DNA of 64,000 nucleotides from Clostridia bacterium (GCA_022797145.1 JAAWKA010000003.1:26164-90163), one strand, 5' to 3'. Shown: positions 41,358 to 53,035, counted from the stretch's first letter. The notes: generated by a model not told the origin, from the letters alone. Program-made: numbers and translations.

Positions 41358-42386
41358 ATGAGTAATGAATTAGTAAAAAAAGAAGAAGCATCAGTACAAA
41401 AGCAAGAATTAACAGCAAGTGAGAGATTTACAGGAATGGTAATGAAAGAATTTCAAGGTAATGTTGGGGCATTAAATTTAAATGAATACCAAAAACAATT
41501 AATAAGAGGATATTTTATAGGAATTGACAATGCATTAAAAAAAGCTGAAGAAGCAAGACAAAATAAAAATAGTTGGAAATCAACCAAAGAAGAAGATAAA
41601 AATAACTTACCAATCATTTGGCAAAATGTTAATATGAACGATTTAGCAATAGCTGTAGTACATCATGCAAAATTAGGATTAGATATGCAAATACTTAACC
41701 ATTTAAATGCAATACCATATAAGAATAATAAAACACAAAAATACGATATTGGATTTTTAAAAGGATATAAAGGTCTAGAATATATAGCAACACAATTATC
41801 ATTATACCCTATTAAAAATATAATTATTGAATTAATATATTCAAATGATGTTTTTGAAATAGTAAATAAAGACAATATTACTAGATATAATTTTACAATT
41901 AAAAATCCATTTGATAGAGGAGAAATAATAGGTGGATTTGGATATATACAATATATTGATGAATCAAGAAATAAAATAATAACACTTTCTAAAAAAGATA
42001 TAGATAAGAGAAAACCAGCTTATGCTGCAGCTGAATTCTGGGGTGGCGAAAAAGATAAATGGGAGAATGGAAAAAAAGTAGGAAAAGAAAAGATAGATGG
42101 TTGGTATGAAGAAATGGCAAGAAAAACTATTGCTAGAGCAACATACAATGCAGTTGCAATAGATCCTAAAAAAGTAAATGAAAGTTATGCATATGTAATA
42201 GAAAATAACGATAATACTTATGAAAATGTAATAGAAACACAAGTTGATGAAGAAATAGAAGAAAATGCAAATAAGGAAATTATAGACATAGAAGAGCCAA
42301 AACAATTAGATGCTCCTGGAGAAGTTCCTCAACCTGTATCTGAAGAAAAAACACAAGATACTACAACTGAAGGACCAGCATTCTAA
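41358..42386 (+). CDS. RecT-family single-strand annealing recombinase
   Basis: The blocks AKLGLD, NAIPYKNNKTQKYDIGFLKGYKGLEYIA and GFGYIQYIDESRNKIITLSKKDIDKRK parallel E. coli RecT. Confidence 0.6.
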   Translation: MSNELVKKEEASVQKQELTASERFTGMVMKEFQGNVGALNLNEYQKQLIRGYFIGIDNALKKAEEARQNKNSWKSTKEEDKNNLPIIWQNVNMNDLAIAVVHHAKLGLDMQILNHLNAIPYKNNKTQKYDIGFLKGYKGLEYIATQLSLYPIKNIIIELIYSNDVFEIVNKDNITRYNFTIKNPFDRGEIIGGFGYIQYIDESRNKIITLSKKDIDKRKPAYAAAEFWGGEKDKWENGKKVGKEKIDGWYEEMARKTIARATYNAVAIDPKKVNESYAYVIENNDNTYENVIETQVDEEIEENANKEIIDIEEPKQLDAPGEVPQPVSEEKTQDTTTEGPAF

Positions 42387-43129
42387 TGAATTTAAAAGTA
42401 TTAGGTAGTGGTTCTAGTGGTAACTGCTACCTAATAGAAGCAAATGACAATGAAAAATTAATATTAGATGCAGGTGTTAAGTTTAAAATTGTTCAAAAGG
42501 AATTAAATTTTAATTTTAATGGAATAAAAGCAGTATTAATAACACATGAACATATGGATCATTTAAAATATGCTACAAACTTTGCATTATATGGAATAGA
42601 TATATATGCATCTGCAGGTACATTTAAAAAGCAAAATTTAGTTGGTCACAGATTTAAAATTATAAAAGCATTAAATCAATTTGAAATTGGAAATTTTGTA
42701 ATACTTCCATTCGATACACAACATGATGCTGCAGAACCATTAGGATTTTTAATACAACATAAAATTACTGGAGAAAAATTATTGTATGCTACTGATACAT
42801 ATTATATTAAATACAAGTTTAATAAATTAAATTACTTACTTTTAGAATGTAACTATAATAAGGAAATAGCAAAAGAAAATGCAAAAAATGGAGTAATAAA
42901 TAAAACTAGGTATAGCAGATTACTAGAGAGTCATTTTAGCTTAGAAAATGTAATAAAATTTCTAAAATCTAATGATTTAAGTTATGCAAAGAATATTATA
43001 CTATGCCATCTATCAGATACAAATTCAAACCAATATATAATGCAAGACAAAGTATATGAAGCAACAAGAATAACAACTACAATTGCTAAACCAGGACTGA
43101 ACATAGAATTAAAATTATATCTATTTTGA
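42386..43129 (+). CDS. metallo-beta-lactamase fold hydrolase (phage recombination-module type)
   Basis: HxHxDH motif (ITHEHMDHLKY). Confidence 0.7.
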   Translation: MNLKVLGSGSSGNCYLIEANDNEKLILDAGVKFKIVQKELNFNFNGIKAVLITHEHMDHLKYATNFALYGIDIYASAGTFKKQNLVGHRFKIIKALNQFEIGNFVILPFDTQHDAAEPLGFLIQHKITGEKLLYATDTYYIKYKFNKLNYLLLECNYNKEIAKENAKNGVINKTRYSRLLESHFSLENVIKFLKSNDLSYAKNIILCHLSDTNSNQYIMQDKVYEATRITTTIAKPGLNIELKLYLF

Positions 43130-43463
43130 TGGAGGAATATTATGAATAGTGTAAAAGCAAGAATGCAACTGGAATCATTAAAAAGGGACAGGTTAAGTTT
43201 TATACATAATAATGATTTAGATGAAATTTATTTAAATGATATAAAAGCCATTAACTTAGCAATAAAAGCATTAAATAAATGTCCAGATGTAAAAGATACA
43301 TCATTTAATTGTAGAATGTGCAATAAAGAATTAAAAACATGGAAAAGTATCCAAAGAGGATTTGGACCAATATGTGAAAAGAAATATTTAGAAAATGTAT
43401 ATAAGAATCAGCAAATTTCTATGGATACAATTATAAATACTAAAGGAAAGGAGAGGTAGTAGT

Positions 43464-44411
43464 ATGGTCACAAAAAAAGATGTGTATTATTTTAGTCACG
43501 ATGCAAACGCATTATCAGATCCAAAAATATTAGCAATGCGATGTGACTATGGATTAGAAGGTTATGGATTATTTTGGGCCATACTTGAATTGTTACGAAA
43601 TGAAGCAACATATAAACTACCTCTTAATAAAAATACATATAGAGCAATTAAAATGCAAACTGGAACAACTATTGATGTGGAAAGTTATTTACAAGATTGT
43701 ATAAACGAATATACAGATAACGAAAGTGGAAACGGACTCTTTAATGCTGATAATAAGTCTTTTTGGTCTGCTAGTCTACTAAGAAGAATGCAAAAATATG
43801 AAAACTTAAAAGATAAAAGAAGGCAAGCAGCAAATGCTAGATGGAATAAAGAAAATGAGAAAACTCCAAATGCAAAAAAATACAAATGCATAAAAGGTTT
43901 TTACAAATATAATGCAAATGCAAAGCAAAAGAAATACAAAAGCAATGCAAAAGTGAAAAAAATATATGCAAAAAAATGCAAATCAAATCAAATTAAATCA
44001 AATCAAATTAAATTAAAGAAAATGAAATCTATTTATCCATCTAATCACAAACCACAAGAAAATAAAAACTTGGATAATATGATGGATGAGATGGAAAAGA
44101 TGGAATTTGATATGCTGATATCTAATTGTGAAATGCATATTCTTTCCACAGAACTTTCTATTGAAATAACAGAAATACTAAAAGAGATGTATATGCATCC
44201 AGATACTAGAGAAAAGATAAAAGAAATCAATTCTAAAAAATTATTATATGGATTAAAGAATTTTGCTATTGCAAATACAAAATCACGAATACAAATACCA
44301 AAAGCATATTTTAAAAAATGTATTTTATCTGCATTAGATCAAACTGAATTAAGTACACAATATGATGTAGATACAATAATAAATGAAATGTCTAACTATG
44401 AAGGAGGATAA
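43464..44411 (+). CDS. putative phage replication initiation protein (DUF4373-like N-terminal domain)
   Basis: N-terminal block YYFSHDANALSDPKILAMRCDYGLEGYGLFWAILELL. There are internal iteron-like tandem repeats. Confidence 0.45.
   Translation: MVTKKDVYYFSHDANALSDPKILAMRCDYGLEGYGLFWAILELLRNEATYKLPLNKNTYRAIKMQTGTTIDVESYLQDCINEYTDNESGNGLFNADNKSFWSASLLRRMQKYENLKDKRRQAANARWNKENEKTPNAKKYKCIKGFYKYNANAKQKKYKSNAKVKKIYAKKCKSNQIKSNQIKLKKMKSIYPSNHKPQENKNLDNMMDEMEKMEFDMLISNCEMHILSTELSIEITEILKEMYMHPDTREKIKEINSKKLLYGLKNFAIANTKSRIQIPKAYFKKCILSALDQTELSTQYDVDTIINEMSNYEGG
43981..44010 (+). repeat. perfect tandem 15-bp direct repeat (AATCAAATCAAATTA x2), preceded by TGCAAA repeats. Candidate phage origin iterons inside the rep gene.
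   Basis: Read directly from the sequence. Confidence 0.5.
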
Positions 44412-45857
44412 TATGGCTGTAAAAGAAAATGAATTAGTTTCAAGATCATTAAAAACTTGCGAAAATTGTGAATGGTGTATTCCAACATTAAATAATGAAT
44501 TTCCACATTGCCTATTAAACGGACAACCCAAAGGACTATTTGAAACTTGCGGACATTACAAGAAACGAACAGGAATGCACATAAGTATGTAGGAGGAATT
44601 ATGATTATTTATATATTAGTTTTTATAATAGGATTTGTAATAGGTTGTATGGCATATTCAGATGCAATATTTATTGAATTAAGAAAGTGTAAAACAATAC
44701 AAGAACTTGTAGATATGCTTGTAAAACTAAAATTATTAAGTGGTAAACATAATAAAAAACAAAAAAATAACTCACATAAGTAATTTTTAAAAACAAACAC
44801 AATCTAGAAAAAATCTACAAAGGGAAGGCGGAACAATTATGATAATTGAAGATATATAGCAGTCATTGGAGTTGCTAGAAAATATAAAATATTTCTTTTA
44901 TGACATAGAAGAAACAGAAAAGAAATTAAGTGCAGAATTGTATAACAAGGAAGGAGAAAGAGATGACCTTCTGCATGAGATAGAATTAAGTAAATTAAAT
45001 GCTATTGAAAGAATACAAATATATGCAAAGTTAGAAAAAGTATTACAAGAAAGAAGAATAATCAAAGATAAAATTGATTTAATAAATACCATCAAACCAT
45101 ACACTAGTAAGTTTATAACAAAAGGTATTTGTGCAGAAACCGATGCAACTATAAAGAATATAGAAACATTGAAAAGTAATCAAGAAAACAGAAAATATAC
45201 ACCTAGAATATTAAAAGACCTAAAGTGTGCAAAGGTCAAAAAGGAGGAATAAATATTATGGATAATTATAGAAAAATCCAAGAAATGCAAAGGATAAATA
45301 GAATTAAAAAAATAATGATTGTTTAACTTGTGAAGTTGTAATTACAAAAGAATTTAAAGAAGCACCAATATCAATTGTGCAAGGCAATGGTGGACCTATT
45401 GAAATGGCACAAATGGTAAAAACTTTAATAGATGTTGCAGAATCATTAAAAAAAGAATTTCCAGAAATAAATGAAATCATACCAATGTTACATCAAAATA
45501 ATGAAATGAGAACAGCATATAAACAAGTTGAGAGTTGGGGGAGATTTTAAATGTTAATAGTTAGTCAAGATAAAGAAACAATAATAAATTTTGAAAATAC
45601 AACAAGAATGAGTATAATTCCACCAGAAGAGGAAGGATATAAATATTCAATAGCAATTAATAGTTGTTTGGATTTAGGATATTACAAAACAAAAGAAAGA
45701 ACAAAAGAAGTATTACAAGAAATAATCAAGCAAAAAGCAATGTTTGAATTATTTAGGACAGCACCAACAGGAGGAAAAGAGCAAACAGAAATGCTAGAAA
45801 AATTTGCACAGAAAAAAATCATATTTGATACATATGAAATGCCAAAGGAGTAGTAAT

Positions 45858-46211
45858 ATGCAAGAGTATTGGAGCATTGAGCAATACAAAGAATATCAAA
45901 AAAAAGGAAATAAAAAAAGTAAATATAGTGCAGTAAAAACATCTGTAGATGGACAAACATTCGATAGCAAAAAAGAAGCGGATTACTATTGCAATTTAAA
46001 ATTAAGGCTGCATGGCGGAGACATCAAAGGTTTTTGTTTGCAGCCTATATTTATACTAGCACCAGGATTAAAATATAAAGCAGATTTTATAGTATTCAAT
46101 AATGATGGGACAGCAGAAATTATTGATACAAAAGGCTTTAAGACCAAAGAATATATAACTAAAAAGAAAGTATTTGAAGATAAATACAATTTGAAAATTA
46201 GGGAGGTATAG
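45858..46211 (+). CDS. DUF1064-type small phage protein
   Basis: ATG 45858 after GGAG. Motif pattern KY.A.KT..DG..FDSKKEA..Y..L......G.I......QP.F.L....Y..DF.....G....IDTKG..T.....K. Confidence 0.4.
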   Translation: MQEYWSIEQYKEYQKKGNKKSKYSAVKTSVDGQTFDSKKEADYYCNLKLRLHGGDIKGFCLQPIFILAPGLKYKADFIVFNNDGTAEIIDTKGFKTKEYITKKKVFEDKYNLKIREV

Positions 46212-46226
46212 AGAATTCTGAAAGAA

Positions 46227-46570
46227 ATGAAATATCAATTTGATTATAAAAGAGAAATATTAGATACAGGTTTCTGTTTTGGATTATTGTATTACATTAT
46301 AAGTTTAGGAACACATCCAGTAGCTTATATAAAAATACCTGAAAATCAAATATTTTGGTAAAGGTATTTGTGATATAGACATAGAGGTGCATGGCAGAAT
46401 AACATATGCAGAAGATTATCTATATATATGATAGCCAAAAGTTAGAAGGATACTTTATTGGATGGGATTATGCACATTGCTACGATTATGCAGGCTATGA
46501 AGAAAGATTACCAATAACTATAAGAACTAAAGGAAAAAATGGACAACACAAGAAATATATAAGGAAGTAA
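46227..46570 (+). pseudogene. phage gene broken into three frames (46227-46358, 46354-46431, 46428-46570)
   Basis: Contiguous coding-like translation is obtained only by switching frame twice. No single ORF covers it. Confidence 0.4.
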
Positions 46571-46859
46571 GAGCAGCATGCTATCAAATACAAAATGCAA
46601 AGGAGGAAAAAGAAAATGGGGATTAAAAATAAATTAGTAGATCTAAATAATCACTTATTTGAGGAATTAGAAAGATTAAACGATGAGGAACTAAAAGGGG
46701 AAGCACTACAAGAAGAAATGGAAAGAGCAAAATCAATATCACATATTGCACAAACAATTATAAATAATGGAGAATTAGCATTAAAAGCACAAAAACATTT
46801 TGATGAATACGGAAAAACAAATCAAATACCAGATATATTACAAATAGGAGAGGGAAAGA

Positions 46860-47648
46860 ATGAGTAAATTTTACACTGAAGAAATGAAAAAGTATATTGC
46901 TGATAATTATAAAGGAAAGACAATATTAGAATTACAAATAGAATTTAATAATAGATTTAATACAAATATTACATATAAAGCAATGAAATCATATCTCAGT
47001 GGCCATAAATTGAAAGTTGGAAGAGGGAAGGAACAACATAGAAAATATAAAGATGAACATATAGAATTTGTAAAAAACAATGTAAAAGGCATTACTCTAA
47101 AAGAATTAACTGATAGATTTAATAAAAAATTTAATATGAATGTAAGTGAAAGTGCTATTGCTAATATAAAAAATAAACATAATCTACAAAGCGGAATGGT
47201 TGGAGGACGATTTGAAAAAGGACAAACTTCATGGAATAAAGGTAAAAAGGGCTCGATGAGCCCTGAACAATATGAAAAATGTAAAGCTACAATGTTTAAA
47301 AAAGGTAATATTCCAGCAAATGCAAGAGCAATTGGTAGTGAGAGAATAGATAAAAATGGATATATATTAATTAAAATACAAGATGGACATAAGAATAACA
47401 ATTGGATTAGGAAACATCGTTACTTATATGAACAAAAATATGGAAAAGTTCCAAAGGGATATAAAGTAATATTTGCAGATGGAAATAATAGAAATTTTGA
47501 TTTGAATAATTTGATTGTAGTTTCTGATGCTGAAGAACTAATAATGAATAGAAATAACTTATTTAAAAAAGATACAGAGTTAACAAAAGCGGGTGTTGCA
47601 GTAGCAAAATTATTAGATAAAGTAAATAAAAGAAAAAAGGATCTATGA
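46860..47648 (+). CDS. HNH homing-type endonuclease with duplicated N-terminal DNA-binding repeats
   Basis: The C-terminal WIRKHRYLYEQKYGKVPKGYKVIFADGNNRNFDLNNL is an HNH_3 motif. Two internal repeats (ILELQIEFNNRFNTNIT / LKELTDRFNKKFNMNVS) are present. Confidence 0.65.
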   Translation: MSKFYTEEMKKYIADNYKGKTILELQIEFNNRFNTNITYKAMKSYLSGHKLKVGRGKEQHRKYKDEHIEFVKNNVKGITLKELTDRFNKKFNMNVSESAIANIKNKHNLQSGMVGGRFEKGQTSWNKGKKGSMSPEQYEKCKATMFKKGNIPANARAIGSERIDKNGYILIKIQDGHKNNNWIRKHRYLYEQKYGKVPKGYKVIFADGNNRNFDLNNLIVVSDAEELIMNRNNLFKKDTELTKAGVAVAKLLDKVNKRKKDL

Positions 47649-50319
47649 TATGGAAAATAAAGATTATGAACAACTTTATTATGATGAAGTATATGAAAAC
47701 AGAAAACTAAAAAACAGAATAACAGAGTTAGAAAACGAAATCCAGGATCTAAATATCTGCAGAACAAAGAAAAATATTGATTTACAAAAATATATTATAC
47801 TGCAGATGGGAAGGAGGGACAATGGCAAAACCAGTTCAAAGAAAAAGATATAAAAATAAACAAAATATAACTTGCGAATTATTCGAACATTGTATGTATG
47901 TAGAACATGGAGACATGTATTGCGATGAGCATGAGAATTTTGCAGATGGTTATGATGAATTTTGTCCAACTGAAAACTATATGTGGTGTAATGGAAAAAA
48001 ATTTATAGAAAGGTAGAGAAACAAATGAAAACAAAGTATTATGATAAGGAAATGTATGCCAGAAATGAAAGTATAAAAGGTGCATTGGTAGTATTATTGT
48101 CTTTTATACTAGGATTTGCAAGCGGATGTATTGCAATAAATAAGGAATTAGCAAAACAAAACAATGAAAAACAAAAGTATATTACTACTTTAGAACAACA
48201 AGTGGAAGAACAGAAAATAACGATAAGGGACCAGTATATTGAATTAGATTCGTTAAGAGAAACTGTATATATGTATGCATATATGGAAAGTAGGTATTAC
48301 TAATGATTAAGTTTATATTAGGGTTGTTATTAGGTACATTTTTAGGAATAGGACTAATGTGTTTACTTCAAGTAGCAAAGGAGGATAAAGAATAATGCCA
48401 TCATTAGAAATAAAAGGAAAAAAGACGGGGATTATATTTAGTTTTAGAGGTAAAGGACAACTTCCACTATTTATGATAATAAAAGAGTATTTTGATGAAA
48501 ATGGCGAGGTTGACTTTGCAAAAGTATTATTTGAAATTGAAGGAAGAAAATGAAAATGAAAATGATAATTGATTTTTTTACAGGAAAAGAAATAAAAGAT
48601 GATAGTAAATGTAATAATTGCAAATATAATCAGGGGTATAAAACAAACAATCCTAGCATTATATGCTGTGATAAACATATAACATATAAACAAGAAAATT
48701 ATGAATGTTCTGATTATAAATTTAGATGTGAAGGAGGTACGAAAGAATGAAATGTACCGATAAAGAATGGCAACATTGCCGAGTAGAAAAAATGGGATGT
48801 CCTGGATGCTATTATGATGAAATAGAAATACAGGAGTATATAAGGAATAAAGATGGATACATTGGACAAGTAATGAAAGTTATTAATGCTGATGAAAAGA
48901 TGAGAGAAAAATATTATTGTTGTGAAACTACAATGGCAAGCGCACATAGGAGCCAAATAATTAAACATAGCAAAAATATATTAGATTTAATTGAAATAGG
49001 AGATATATTAGAAATCAAAGAAGGTAATGACATTTGTTATTTAGGACTAGCAAAAGACACAATAACAGTTAATTATAGAGAAATAAAAGAAAGTATAGAA
49101 AATAAAGAATGTGAATTATTATCAATACTAACACACGAGCAATATCAAGAAAATTGTTTTAAGGTAGGTGACTAATATGAGTAAAAACTTATTAGGAAAA
49201 CATGTTATAACATATGATAATCACGAAGGAATAGTTATAAATCAATACAAACCAACAGGAAGAAATCAAGAAAGTGTGCATATACAACAAGTTGACGGGC
49301 AAATATGGTTTTGTCCAATTGATAACATAAAAGAAGAGGTGTAAAGATGAGCATAGAAAGAGATTGTAAAAAAATACATAAAAAAATTAGAAAATTTTAT
49401 GAAAAATACAAAGATAAAAGAAATATTTGTTTTAATTTACAATGCGATAAAGAAAATGACTCTTATGATATATGTTTATACGTAAATTCTAGAATAGAAG
49501 AACTGGAGGTAATGAAAGAAAACATTAAACTTGAAAGAAGGAAAAAATATGCAAATAAAACTGAATGGTAAAATAGAAGATATAAGTGCAATGTTAGTAG
49601 GAGCAGAAAGATATGCACTAGGAAGAAGAACATACATAGTTCAATGGATTTGTGAATTTATAAAAAACAACTTACATTTAATAACTAATAAGGACAAGCA
49701 AGTAATGATTAGAGATATAGAAAATTCAATTAGTTATGGAGATGAATGTGATAAGGAATGCTGGATGCAGTTATTAAAAAAATTAAAAATGGAGGTAAAA
49801 GAAAATGTATAGAATTAAATTAGAAAGAAACCTAGAGGAATTGAAACAATTTGGATATGAGAAAGATATGCAAGGAAATTACTCTAAAAAAGTAATGAAA
49901 GATAGAAATAAAGGATGGACATATTTTGAAACTATTGAAATCAATAAGGATGATAGAATAGTAAAAACAAGATTATATCAAGATTGTGCAGATCAAGAAT
50001 GGGTAGGTTATATAGAGAAAAAAGGTAGATTTATTTATGATTTAGATGCAGCAGGGTTACTTGAAGAAATAAATATAACAAAGGAAAAAGAATTAAGATT
50101 TGAAGCATTTGAGAATTTAAGAAAAGAAAATGAGGAATTAAACCGACGACATAAATTGGATATGAAAACATTACAAGAACAATATACAGCTCAAATAGAT
50201 GGGTTAAAAGATACAATAGTCCATATGAGTGTAGATGTTTTTACAAGTCAAGATAGTTTTATGAATGTATTTAAAAATATTGACAAAAAATTAAATTTAA
50301 TATTAGGAGGAAAGTAAAG

Positions 50320-51108
50320 ATGATAGAAAAAGTAAATCCAGATCATCCAGATAAAATAGCAGATAGAATTGCAGGAGCAATAGTAGATTTAGGATATAAA
50401 TTACAAGAAAATCCTAAAATAGCAGTAGAAGTGCTAATTGGTCATAATAATTGTAAAATAATAATTGAAAGTTCTGTTAAGTATAATGAAACAGATATAT
50501 TTGACATTGTATATAGAATTACTAAAACAAATAATATTGCGGTAGAAGTAATATTAGCGAAGCAAGACGAGTATTTAGCAAATAATCAAAAAGAAAAAAT
50601 AAGGTGTGGAGATAATGGAATATTCAAAGGTGTTCCACTTACTGAAGAAGAAATACAAGCAAGTTATTTAGCACATCAAATTTATAATAAGTATAATAGT
50701 GATGGTAAATACATAATAGATATGCCAAGCAATAAGACAACTATATGTCAAAGTAATGCCAAGACAGAGGAGTTAAAAGCTATATATCCAACAGCAATAA
50801 TAAATCCATTAGGAGAGTGGACAGGAGGATTAAATGTCGATACTGGTGCTACAAATAGAAAGTTAGGTAGTGATATGGGAAAAGGCGTTACAGGTGGAGG
50901 ATTACATGGTAAAGATCTATCAAAAGCTGATGTAAGCATAAATATATATGCATTTTTGAAAGCCCAAGAAACAGGAAAAATAGTAGAATTAAGTTGTGCT
51001 ATTGGAGATGAATTTGTAGATGGAAAGCCATATGAAGAAATAGTAAAGCAAGCTAAAAAATATATACAACTACAAGGAGGATTTGAAAAATTTGCAGAAT
51101 GGAGGTAA
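50320..51108 (+). CDS. compact MetK-like (S-adenosylmethionine synthetase-like) protein, 262 aa
   Basis: DHPDKIADRIAGAIVD (MetK GHPDKxxDQISDAxLD), CGDNGIFKG (GAGDQGLMFG), GGLNVDTGATNRKL (GGPMGDCGLTGRKI) and GGGLHGKDLSKADVS (GGGAFSGKDPSKVDRS). It lacks about 120 aa of the canonical MetK. Confidence 0.5.
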   Translation: MIEKVNPDHPDKIADRIAGAIVDLGYKLQENPKIAVEVLIGHNNCKIIIESSVKYNETDIFDIVYRITKTNNIAVEVILAKQDEYLANNQKEKIRCGDNGIFKGVPLTEEEIQASYLAHQIYNKYNSDGKYIIDMPSNKTTICQSNAKTEELKAIYPTAIINPLGEWTGGLNVDTGATNRKLGSDMGKGVTGGGLHGKDLSKADVSINIYAFLKAQETGKIVELSCAIGDEFVDGKPYEEIVKQAKKYIQLQGGFEKFAEWR

Positions 51109-51672
51109 GTAAAATGCCAAAGAAAAAAGATAATGTGACAGAATCAAGTGAAATTCCTAAAAAAATTGACAATGAAGAAAATCAAATAATAACTAATCAA
51201 AAATTAGGATGGGTTCAAATACTATTATTAATAGGCAAACCTTTATGGGATGCACAAAAGAAAAAATGGAGAGTGTTAAATGGTTATCAATCTATATTGG
51301 GAAATCAAAATAATCAAATGTTCTTTGAAGTTACATTTACAGACACACCACATTGGGAAAACTTTATTGAAAAACAATTATATATAGATATTCAAAAAGA
51401 ACAGGAGACTAATGTAGAGGAGGGAAATAAAGGAAGCAATAAAAAAGGCAAACGAACTAAAACAGAAGATGAAAAATAAACCATATATCCAGGTAAGAAA
51501 AGATAATACAGATAGTTATGGATATATTGCAGCAATAGATACATTAGTAAGAGAATTGAAAATGTATCAAAAATAAAATAGGAAATATTGTAATACATAT
51601 CAAAGATCGTAGAATTATAATTTATTAAGGTTCATAGCATACAATCTACCTAAAAGGAAAGAAGGATTTTGT

Positions 51673-52263
51673 ATGAAAAAAATAGAAATTTCTGAAAGAG
51701 AAAATCAATTACTAGAATTAATAGAGCAACTTGTTACTGATGGAGTTGCTAAGGGAATAAAAAAGGGGATTGAACAAGCAAAAAATGAAGAAAGATTGAG
51801 AGAAAAAATAACATACGATATCAAAATAAAAAATACAAGATTATTATTTAAAAATTATAGAAATTTTGTAAAGGCTTGCAAACAAGCGACTTTTACTGAA
51901 AAGGATTTAGAAACTGCAACAGTAGAAGAAGTGTTAGATAAATTATTCTGTCGATCTTATGATGAGGTAACCGTAGTTCAATCTATATTAGCATCTAAAA
52001 AAAGAACAGAAATTATATTAACACATATAAAAAGAATTATAAAATTTTATTTATATGAAGCGGACCAAAGTAAAAACGAAGAAAAAAAGCGAAAAGCACA
52101 TATTCTAAACGATTTATATGTGGTTGGAGAATATAAACCAAAAATAAATATGATGTCCGAAAAATATCATATAAGTGAGAGGCAAATTAGAAGGGATGCA
52201 AATTCCGCAATTGAAGAAATTGCAGTGCTTATGTTTGGTATAGATGGTATAAGGAAAATGTGA
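51673..52263 (+). CDS. sigma-70 region-4-like late-gene transcriptional regulator (ArpU/RinA-like)
   Basis: C-terminal HTH ISERQIRRDANSAIEEIAVLMFG. It is positioned immediately upstream of the packaging genes. Confidence 0.4.
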   Translation: MKKIEISERENQLLELIEQLVTDGVAKGIKKGIEQAKNEERLREKITYDIKIKNTRLLFKNYRNFVKACKQATFTEKDLETATVEEVLDKLFCRSYDEVTVVQSILASKKRTEIILTHIKRIIKFYLYEADQSKNEEKKRKAHILNDLYVVGEYKPKINMMSEKYHISERQIRRDANSAIEEIAVLMFGIDGIRKM

Positions 52264-52297
52264 TTTTTGAATAGTAAAACTTGTCCAAAACTTGTCC

Positions 52298-52326
52298 TTG
52301 ACATGTCAATGTCAATAATTTATAAT
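52298..52326 (+). promoter_or_regulatory. consensus promoter TTGACA-17-TATAAT whose -35 is part of the perfect palindrome TTGACATGTCAA. CTTGTCC direct repeats lie upstream.
   Basis: Read directly from the sequence. Confidence 0.5.
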
Positions 52327-52503
52327 AATAATATCAAAAAATATGTTTAAGAAAAATAAATCCCCTTTTATTTTTTGAAATAATATAGATAAAACGAACT
52401 TGTAAATCGGTTTTTACAGGTTCTTTTTTTATACAAAAGAAGGTATGTTATATGAAATATGATATGTGTATGAGAAGAGAATGTAAAAATTGCTATAAGC
52501 AAA

Positions 52504-53034
52504 TTGAATGTTTTAAGAAAGAAGGAGAGAATGAATCTAAAAAAATTAAAAATAGGGGATTTAAAAATAGAAGCATACAATCCCAGAAAAGAACTAACAG
52601 AAGACAAAGAATATCAAAAGATAAAAAATAGCATTATTGAATTTGGATATGTTATACCGATTATAATTAATTCAGATATGACAGTAATAAGTGGATATCA
52701 GAGACTCAAAGTTCTAAAAGATCTCAAATATGAAGATATAGATTGTATAGTAGTTGAGTTTGACAAAAATAAAGAAAAATTACTAAATATAGCACTTAAC
52801 AAAATATCTGGAGAATGGGATTATCAAAAATTAGAAAATATATTTAATGAACTAGAAAATATCAATATTGATTTATCAATAACTGGATTCGATGATAAAG
52901 AAATAGACAAATTTATAAAAGATACAGAGGAAATAATTACAGAAAATGAAGAGGTCAATATACTGGATTTTAGTGATGAAAAATTCAAATGCCAATGCCC
53001 AAAATGTGGCATCATGTTTGATGTGAACAAGTGA
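52504..53034 (+). CDS. ParB-like nuclease domain protein
   Basis: ParB N-terminal motif (IEAYNPRKELTEDKEYQKIKNSIIEFGY..VISGYQRLKV). Confidence 0.55.
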   Translation: MNVLRKKERMNLKKLKIGDLKIEAYNPRKELTEDKEYQKIKNSIIEFGYVIPIIINSDMTVISGYQRLKVLKDLKYEDIDCIVVEFDKNKEKLLNIALNKISGEWDYQKLENIFNELENINIDLSITGFDDKEIDKFIKDTEEIITENEEVNILDFSDEKFKCQCPKCGIMFDVNK

Positions 53035-53035
53035 G

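Noticed and set aside
43960-44030. Tandem repeats checked as a possible CRISPR array
   Set aside because: There are only two 15-bp units with no spacers, and they lie inside a coding region.
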